Shown: in pieces, positions 57,486-64,000 of the stretch
Layout of the letters: each line of letters starts with the position of its first letter
Position numbering within the stretch: position 1 is the first letter of the stretch
Assembly (NCBI GenBank): GCA_963778655.1
Contig: CAVZVA010000009.1
Location: 512,001-576,000 of the forward strand
DNA length: 64,000 nucleotides
Reading direction: 5' to 3'
Origin: an uncultured delta proteobacterium
GTDB taxonomy: Bacteria; Myxococcota_A; Polyangia; Polyangiales; JAFGIB01
Notes under the pieces: generated by a model
What the model was told of the DNA's origin: nothing
What the model saw: only the letters and a program-made list of their open reading frames with translations
Databases searched by the model: none
Made by a program: the position numbers and the translations under genes

Positions 57486-57932
57486 CTACCCGCGGCGGCG
57501 GGTGGTGAGCTTGGCGAGCAACTCAGGATCGGTGGGCTCGATCGTGTGGCCTTCGGGAAAGGGGGCGCGGCCAGTTTGGCCGAGGGCCTGCAAGGCCGTC
57601 GGGTGTTGGTAGTACTGCATAAAGACGAAGAGCTGGAGCATGCCGAGCGCCGGCTGCTGTGCCATTACCGCCGCCAGCAGCTGCTCGCGCGCCTCGGGGT
57701 CGAGCGCGGGTAGGCCAGCTGGATCACGCGCGCGAGCGGCGTCGTACACGGCGCCGAGCGCTGCGGCGGCGGGTGCGGCGAGCATGGGGCTCGCGCTGAG
57801 CTGCTTACGGAGCCCTGCGGCGAGGCCCAGCGCACCGGCACCTGGCATCGTCTCGCTCGGCGGGATCAATGTGTCGAGCAGAGCGTCGAGGAAGGCATCA
57901 TCGCCGAGGGGATCGCGGGCTGCGTCGGTCAT
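57486..57932 (-). CDS. Gluconate 2-dehydrogenase subunit 3-like protein
   Basis: LLDTLIP..MPGAG, YYQHP..LG; starts 5 nt from the GMC gene stop. Confidence 0.75.
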   Translation of the reverse strand: MTDAARDPLGDDAFLDALLDTLIPPSETMPGAGALGLAAGLRKQLSASPMLAAPAAAALGAVYDAARARDPAGLPALDPEAREQLLAAVMAQQPALGMLQLFVFMQYYQHPTALQALGQTGRAPFPEGHTIEPTDPELLAKLTTRRRG

Positions 57933-57936
57933 GGCT

Positions 57937-59538
57937 TCACTCGAAGAGGTGATCGATCTTCTGTTTGATGGCGTCGGCGACGTAGAGCGCCAGCGCTTGG
58001 ATCGTCGCCGTGGGGTTCACGGCACCGGAGGTGACGAACAGGCTGCCGTCGACGATGAAGAGGTTCTTCACGTCGTGGCTGCGTCCCCAGGCGTTCACCA
58101 CGGAGGTCTCCGGGTCGTGGCCCATGCGCGCGGTGCCCATCAGGTGCCAGCCCGCGCCCGGCATCAGATCGAGCGTAACCACCTCCGATGCGCCCGCCGC
58201 CTTGAGCACCTCGGTCGCGCGCTGCTTGCCGTGCGCGAGGATCTTGCGGGTGTTCTCGCTCAGCGCGTAGGTGATCTTCGGCGCCGGGATGCCGTGGCCG
58301 TCCTTGAGCTCGGGGTCGAGCGTGACCGTGTTGTGCAGCTCCGGCAAGTCCTCACTCATGGTCAAGAGGCCCGCCGTGTGGTTGAAGAGCTTGCGGTAGC
58401 TCGCGTGGTGCGCCTTGCCCCAGCGCACGCGGCCGCGCTGCAACCCCATCATCGCGGTCTGCATCGGCCCGAACCCTCGCAGGGCTTCGAAGCTGTAGCC
58501 ACGGTGGAAGCCGCGGGCCCGATCGCTCGCGTAGAACTCATGGCTGAGCAGGCAGCAGCCGATGGGCCCATGGTGGTCCAGCTCTTCCTCGAACAGGCCG
58601 ATCGCGGTGCCGCAAGGGTGGAACATCAGGTTCTTGCCCACGAGCCCGCTGCGGTTGGCGAGGCCGCTGGGGAAGCGACCGGAGGTCGAATTCAGCAGCA
58701 GGCGCGGCGTGCCGACGCCGTTGCACGCGAGCACGACGATCTCCGCCTTTTGCTCGTGCAGCGTTCCGTCGCGGTCGTAGTAAAGCACGCCGCCGGCCTG
58801 CCCGTCGGGCCGCAGGGTGACCTCGCGCACCCGGCAGCCGGTGCGGATCTCGACGCCGCGGCGCTGCGCGAGCGGCCAATAGGTGATATCGGTGCTCGCC
58901 TTGGCGCCTTGTGCGCAGCCGCTCATGCACGGGCTGAGGTTGATGCACGGGGCGCGGCCCTCGTACTCAGTCGTGGCGATGGCCGCGTCCGAAGGCCACC
59001 AGTGCCAGCCGAGGCGCTCGAAGCCACGCGCCAGCGCGTTTCCCACCTTGCCGAGCGGCACTGGCGGCATGGGCGGGTTACGCGGCGGGCTGAGCGGGTT
59101 ACCCGCGAGCCCCGAGACGCCCATCATCTTGTCGTTGAGGTCGAAGAACGGCGCCAGCGTCTCGAAGCCGATCGGCCAGTCGTCGGCGATGCCATCGGTC
59201 GAGCGCACGTGGAAATCGTCAGGCTCGAGCCGCGGGAAGTGCGCAGCCCACTGGATGGTGCTGCCGCCGACGCCGTTCCACATCACCGGGTTGATCGGCG
59301 ACTGCGCGGCGTTGATCGGGTAGTCCTCGGGGCGCTTGCGCACGTTCGGATCGGTCGAGAGCTGGCGCATGGCGCGCATCTCGTAGTCGGGGAAGTTCGT
59401 CGGGTAGTCCGAGGGCTTCATCCAGCCGCCTTGCTCGAGGCAGAGGATGCGCATGCGGGTCTCCGACAAGCTCCACGCGAACGCGGCCGCCGAGGCGCCG
59501 GCGCCCACGATCAGCACGTCGACTGGATCGTTGGACAT
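57937..59538 (-). CDS. GMC family oxidoreductase
   Basis: IVGAGASA, GVGGST, GKNLMFH, HLMGTARMG, NPTATIQA. Confidence 0.92.
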   Translation of the reverse strand: MSNDPVDVLIVGAGASAAAFAWSLSETRMRILCLEQGGWMKPSDYPTNFPDYEMRAMRQLSTDPNVRKRPEDYPINAAQSPINPVMWNGVGGSTIQWAAHFPRLEPDDFHVRSTDGIADDWPIGFETLAPFFDLNDKMMGVSGLAGNPLSPPRNPPMPPVPLGKVGNALARGFERLGWHWWPSDAAIATTEYEGRAPCINLSPCMSGCAQGAKASTDITYWPLAQRRGVEIRTGCRVREVTLRPDGQAGGVLYYDRDGTLHEQKAEIVVLACNGVGTPRLLLNSTSGRFPSGLANRSGLVGKNLMFHPCGTAIGLFEEELDHHGPIGCCLLSHEFYASDRARGFHRGYSFEALRGFGPMQTAMMGLQRGRVRWGKAHHASYRKLFNHTAGLLTMSEDLPELHNTVTLDPELKDGHGIPAPKITYALSENTRKILAHGKQRATEVLKAAGASEVVTLDLMPGAGWHLMGTARMGHDPETSVVNAWGRSHDVKNLFIVDGSLFVTSGAVNPTATIQALALYVADAIKQKIDHLFE

Positions 59539-59892
59539 GGGTGGGACTATACAGAGCTGCCGAACGGCGGAACAAGGTGGATCATCAAAGCTGGTGACCT
59601 GCCGAGGCATTTTCTGGAATGATCCAGGTAGCGGCGGACGGAGGCAGGCAGGACGACCTCGTTGGCCTCGCGGATCAAGCGCGTGATCGCGGTGTGATCC
59701 GGCATGACATAGGCGGCGTCCGACGCAGCCCGCCGCTCGCGGTGCTGTCGGCGGCATTTCTGTCCTCGCCCCCTAACAGCTCGGATCGATGCAAACGCGG
59801 TCGTGGGCCCCGAGTTGTCATCGCACTTGTTGCCGACGACATCCTGTCGGCCGAGTCGGGCGGCGTCGAGCGTGCTCTGACAAATGGCCAGC

Positions 59893-60120
59893 CTATCGCG
59901 TTCGGGGTATCCCGACGAAACGGAGCCGGCAGTCGCCACAGCGGTAGACGCCCAATCCGAACAGCCTCAAGGCGAGTCTTGCGGCCCCGCTTCGGATGCG
60001 CGAACGGGCGATGGATTGGCTTTCGCAGCGCGGACATTCGCGCGCTGACGTCTTCGGAGCGGGCATCCTCGTGTTCTGGGCACTTTGGCCAGCCGCTCTC
60101 GGATCGGGGCGACCCATCAT
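59893..60120 (-). CDS. Small Zn-ribbon protein
   Basis: [22 protein letters not shown] overlap with upstream stop. Confidence 0.62.
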   Translation of the reverse strand: MMGRPDPRAAGQSAQNTRMPAPKTSARECPRCESQSIARSRIRSGAARLALRLFGLGVYRCGDCRLRFVGIPRTR

Positions 60121-63100
60121 CGGATGCGCTCGAACGTGCCTGGCTCGATGGCACGCTGGCCGATGACCGCGCGCACCAGGTGCGAGCCCCCGTCATCGGT
60201 GAAGGGAATCGCCGCGCTGTCGATTTGCAGCCCATCGAGCTCCACGTGGACGACCCCGCGGCTCTTGCGCTCCGGATTCTCGACCGTGATCTCGTAGCGG
60301 GTAGCTCCCAGCCTCAGAATGACGCTGAAGCGGGGCCACGTAGCTGGAATGCACGGCTCGAGCGCGAAGGTGTCCCCGCGGCGGCGTACCCCGAGGATCG
60401 CCTCGAGTCCGGCTCGATACATCCAGGCAGCGGAGCCTGTATACCATGTCCAGCCGCCGCGGCCCGCGTGAGAAGGATTGGTATATACGTCTCCGGCGAC
60501 GACGTACGGCTCGACCTTGTAACGCTCGATGGCTGCGGGTGTCCGTGTGTGATTCACCGGATTGAGCAGGTGGAAGAGCTCCATGGCTTCGTCGCCATTG
60601 CCCATTTCTGCTGCGGCCATCACGAGCCAAAGGGCGGCGTGCGTGTATTGGCCCCCGTTCTCGCGAACTCCAGGCGGGTAGCCCTTGATGTAGCCCGGGT
60701 CCTGGGCCGAGTGATCAAAAGGTGGCGACAGGAGCGGCACGACGCCTGCTTCGCGCCGCACCAGAAGTGTGCGCACTGAGTCCATCGCGCGCTCCGCACG
60801 GCTGGCGGCGGCGCGCCCAGAGAGCACGCTCCACGATTGCGAGATCGAGTCGATGCGGCACTCCTCGTTCTGGGCCGAGCCGAGCGCGGTACCGTCGTCG
60901 AAATAGGCGCGCGTGTACCAGTCCCCATCCCAGCTCTGATCGAGCGCAGCGCCGAGGCGGGTCGCCTCGCTTCGAAACCGAGCCGCGTGTTCGATGTCGC
61001 CTTGGCCTTCAGAGACACGTGCGAAGTCGGTGAGGACTTTCGACAAGAACCATCCGAGCCACACGCTTTCGCCGCGGCCGCCGATCCCAACGCGATTCAT
61101 TCCGTCGTTCCAATCACCACTACCGATCAGCGGCAAGCCATGGACTCCATGGGTGAGCCCTCGGTCGATCGCGCGAATGCAGTGCTCGTACAATGTAGCG
61201 TCCTGCTTCGAGACCACGGGGTGGCCGTAGGCTTCCTGCTCGTTCGTTGCGAGCACCGGCCCCTCCAGAAAGGCAACGCGCTCTTCGAGTACCGCGCGAT
61301 CGCCAGTGGCTTCAACGTAGTGTGCAACCACAAACGGCAGCCACAAGAGGTCGTCGGAGCAACGCGTGCGCGCGCCGGCCCCTGAGTGAGGATGCCACCA
61401 GTGCTGAACATCCCCCTGCACGAATTGGCGTGCCCCTGAGCGCAGCAGATGCTCGCGGCAGAGCTCGGGCGCGGCGAAGGTCAGTGCCATCACATCCTGC
61501 AGCTGGTCTCGGAAGCCGTACGCCCCGCCGGGCTGGTAGTAGGCAGTGCGCGCCCAGAGCCGGCACGCGATGGCTTGATAGAGCAGCCAAGGATTCAGCA
61601 GCAGATCGAACGAATCGTCGGGGGTGTGGACCTCGACCGCGCCGAGAAGGCGCTCCCACTGTCGCTCGACCTCAGCCAGTGCCCGCAGCGCCGCGGGCAC
61701 TTCGCCAAAGGCGTCGATCAACGCGAGGGCTGCGGCTCGGTCTTCGCCCTGACCGAGCAGAACCACGATTTGCCTCGTCTCGCCCGCGGCGAGCTCGACC
61801 GATCGCTGGAGCGCAGCGCACGGTTCGAGCCCGGCCCCGAAGCGGCCCGAAAGCTTCGTGCGACCGAGGCCAGCGGGTTGAGCCAGGCTGCCGTTGCGGC
61901 CGATGAACTCGAGACGGTCGCCGGTCGCCGACTGCAGGATACCCGCATAGGCGAAAGCCACACGCTCGGCAAAATCGCGATTGTAGCGATTGCTTGCCAA
62001 CACGGCTGACGACGCTGCGTGAAGCTCGGTGGTCACGTGCAGCTGATCACCGGCGACCGGTGGACAGAGCCTCCAGTCGTTGTAGGCGTAGACGCTGATG
62101 CGGCGGGCACGTGGACCATGGTTGGTAAGCGTCAGCAGAGCAAAGCGCACCGGCTCCGTGACGTGTGCGAAGATCGCGAGCTCTTGACCGATTCCGCGCT
62201 CGTTGTGCAGGTAACGAGTCACGCCGGCGGCGTGGCGCACGACCCAGCGTTCGCCGTCGGGCCCGCGGCGCAGCGGTCCGGGCGTCGCTCCCCACGCGCG
62301 ACCGTCTTCGTCGTCCCGCAGGTAGATGGCCTCTGCCGTCTCTTCGGTGACCGGGTCATTGGCAAACGGCGTGAGCCGGTTCTCCCGGCTGTTCTCCGAC
62401 CAGGTGTAGGCCGGCCCGGCCGCCGTCACGACGCTGCCGAAGCGCGGGTTGGCGAGCACGTTCGCCCACGGGAGCGGCGTTTGCTCAGCGCCATCGAGCA
62501 CGATCACGTACTCGCGACCACCCTGAGCAAAGCCGCCGCGCCCGTTCCAATGCACGAGCGCCGGCAGCGCCAACTTGGGCGGCGTGCCGGTCTGGAGTGA
62601 TCGGCTGGAGTTGGGCTCGATTCGGCTCGGGAGCGCCGGAGGCCATGCCGGCTCCTCGGGCACCCGTTGCAGCTGCTGTTCGATGGTACCGGCACCGCCG
62701 CGCAACACCACGCGGGCCACCGCGAAGAACAGGTTCCGCTCGGCCTCCCCGAGGCCGTCGCCGCGAAGCAAGAATGTCCCGCCCGCGCGGTTCTTCCACG
62801 CCCCCCATGCCCCGCCTGCGAGCAGTGCCTCGAGCTGCTCGTGCATCTCGTCGCGATAGCCGATCGGGTGATCGTTCAATACGAGCACGTCCGCGCTCAG
62901 GCCCTTCATGCGCCAATACTCTTGCGCGTGAAGCAACTCGCCGACCAACGGTACGTCGTCCGGCTCGAGCACCTGCAGCAAGAGTATCGGCAGGTCTCCC
63001 GAAATGCCGCGAGGCCAAAGGCCGCTTTGGCCGAGCACGTTGCGCGCGATCAGCTCTGGAGCAGCACGTAAGGAGTGGTCGATGTAGAATACGCGCGACG

Positions 63101-64000
63101 CGAGCCGCTCGAAGAGCTGCGCTTGCTCCAGCGAAATTCCCAAGTGGCGCACCGCGATCCCCAGTTGTGTGGCCGCCAGCGAAAAACTGCGTGAGGCCGA
63201 AGTCGGATCCGCGTACTTCATGCACAAGGCGACCGCCGCCGTGCGCTCCGCGGCCATTCCTGTCGCAAATGTGACCCTGGCACGCGCGCCTGGCCGGAGC
63301 CGAATGCGCTGCCGGAGGCTGAGAATCGGGTCCAGCGTGACCCCGCCAGTTCCAGACAGCGCGCGCCCATCCAGCGCGACGGGATCCCTACGGCTGCGGC
63401 CGCGGCCGATGAAGCGCTCGCGATCGGTTTCCCACTCCGCGGCGTATTGCGCCCGTCCGTCGAGGCTCAAGACGTGCACCACGAAATCGCCCGGGTCCCC
63501 GGCCGAGCGGGGCCGTCTCCCGCATATGAGCGACCCGGTGTCCGGTCGACACTCGGTCTCCAAGAACAGCTTACCGAATGCCGGATGCGCGAGATCATCG
63601 CCGCGCGATGCAAGTGCCACTTCGACGTAGCTCGTAACCTCGATCTCGCGGACTTCCGGGCCGCGGTTGATCAGCGTGAGCCGGCGAACATCGACGTCAT
63701 CTTCCGGAGAAACGGCAACTTCGAGCAAAGTCTCGATTTCGTCCACACGTTGGCGAATCGTGGCTTTGTCCGGCAAAAACGTCGCGAGGTAGCTGTCGGG
63801 CTCCCGGCAGGTCGGTTGATACGTCGCCGACCAGACCTGCCCCGAGCGCACGTCGCGCAGATAGATGAACTGGCTTCCCGGATCGGTGATGGCGTCCTCC
63901 CGCCACCTCGTCACCGCCTTGCCACGACAGATGCTGGCACCGCCGCCGCCATTCGTGATGACCGTGGTATAGCTGCCGTTCGAAAGAAACGCCGCGTGCG
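60117..64000 (-). CDS. Cyclic beta-1,2-glucan synthase (Cgs/NdvB/ChvB-like), GH94 C-terminal part (runs off window)
   Basis: Two GH94 N-type modules ([15 protein letters not shown]), [55 protein letters not shown]. Confidence 0.88.
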   Translation of the reverse strand, partial: HAAFLSNGSYTTVITNGGGGASICRGKAVTRWREDAITDPGSQFIYLRDVRSGQVWSATYQPTCREPDSYLATFLPDKATIRQRVDEIETLLEVAVSPEDDVDVRRLTLINRGPEVREIEVTSYVEVALASRGDDLAHPAFGKLFLETECRPDTGSLICGRRPRSAGDPGDFVVHVLSLDGRAQYAAEWETDRERFIGRGRSRRDPVALDGRALSGTGGVTLDPILSLRQRIRLRPGARARVTFATGMAAERTAAVALCMKYADPTSASRSFSLAATQLGIAVRHLGISLEQAQLFERLASRVFYIDHSLRAAPELIARNVLGQSGLWPRGISGDLPILLLQVLEPDDVPLVGELLHAQEYWRMKGLSADVLVLNDHPIGYRDEMHEQLEALLAGGAWGAWKNRAGGTFLLRGDGLGEAERNLFFAVARVVLRGGAGTIEQQLQRVPEEPAWPPALPSRIEPNSSRSLQTGTPPKLALPALVHWNGRGGFAQGGREYVIVLDGAEQTPLPWANVLANPRFGSVVTAAGPAYTWSENSRENRLTPFANDPVTEETAEAIYLRDDEDGRAWGATPGPLRRGPDGERWVVRHAAGVTRYLHNERGIGQELAIFAHVTEPVRFALLTLTNHGPRARRISVYAYNDWRLCPPVAGDQLHVTTELHAASSAVLASNRYNRDFAERVAFAYAGILQSATGDRLEFIGRNGSLAQPAGLGRTKLSGRFGAGLEPCAALQRSVELAAGETRQIVVLLGQGEDRAAALALIDAFGEVPAALRALAEVERQWERLLGAVEVHTPDDSFDLLLNPWLLYQAIACRLWARTAYYQPGGAYGFRDQLQDVMALTFAAPELCREHLLRSGARQFVQGDVQHWWHPHSGAGARTRCSDDLLWLPFVVAHYVEATGDRAVLEERVAFLEGPVLATNEQEAYGHPVVSKQDATLYEHCIRAIDRGLTHGVHGLPLIGSGDWNDGMNRVGIGGRGESVWLGWFLSKVLTDFARVSEGQGDIEHAARFRSEATRLGAALDQSWDGDWYTRAYFDDGTALGSAQNEECRIDSISQSWSVLSGRAAASRAERAMDSVRTLLVRREAGVVPLLSPPFDHSAQDPGYIKGYPPGVRENGGQYTHAALWLVMAAAEMGNGDEAMELFHLLNPVNHTRTPAAIERYKVEPYVVAGDVYTNPSHAGRGGWTWYTGSAAWMYRAGLEAILGVRRRGDTFALEPCIPATWPRFSVILRLGATRYEITVENPERKSRGVVHVELDGLQIDSAAIPFTDDGGSHLVRAVIGQRAIEPGTFERIR

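Overview
Very GC-rich bacterial DNA whose gene content points to a myxobacterium (Myxococcota, probably Polyangiales-like; inference). The content includes Cys-rich and Gly/Ser-linker lipoproteins, an ECF sigma/FecR/TPR cassette, a Ser/Thr kinase and a TIGR02147-type protein. About 45 plausible CDSs are present, mostly accessory metabolism (SDRs, two lactate dehydrogenases, ADH, acyl-CoA dehydrogenase, malic enzyme, GMC oxidoreductase, GH5, GH94/cyclic beta-1,2-glucan synthase) plus secreted proteins. The standout is 40096..43443: one ~1115-aa ORF fusing a cNMP-binding domain, a flavin-dependent halogenase of the Zn-binding MalA type (GxGxxG, catalytic Lys, WxWxI, C-terminal CxxC..CxxC) and a PaaE-like FAD/NAD/[2Fe-2S] reductase. 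It overlaps an upstream stand-alone cNMP-domain gene and is a candidate ligand-gated, self-sufficient halogenase. Other observations: a tmRNA (ssrA) 3'-end fragment (att scar), a ~50-bp palindromic repeat present twice, a frameshift fusing two genes, GGDEF/rhodanese/BNR gene relics, a 54-nt purine tract, two perfect operator-like palindromes and a small Zn-ribbon ORF coupled to the glucan synthase. No intact rRNA, tRNA, CRISPR array or transposase was seen. Start codons were chosen by eye, and family calls rest on motif recognition, not database searches.
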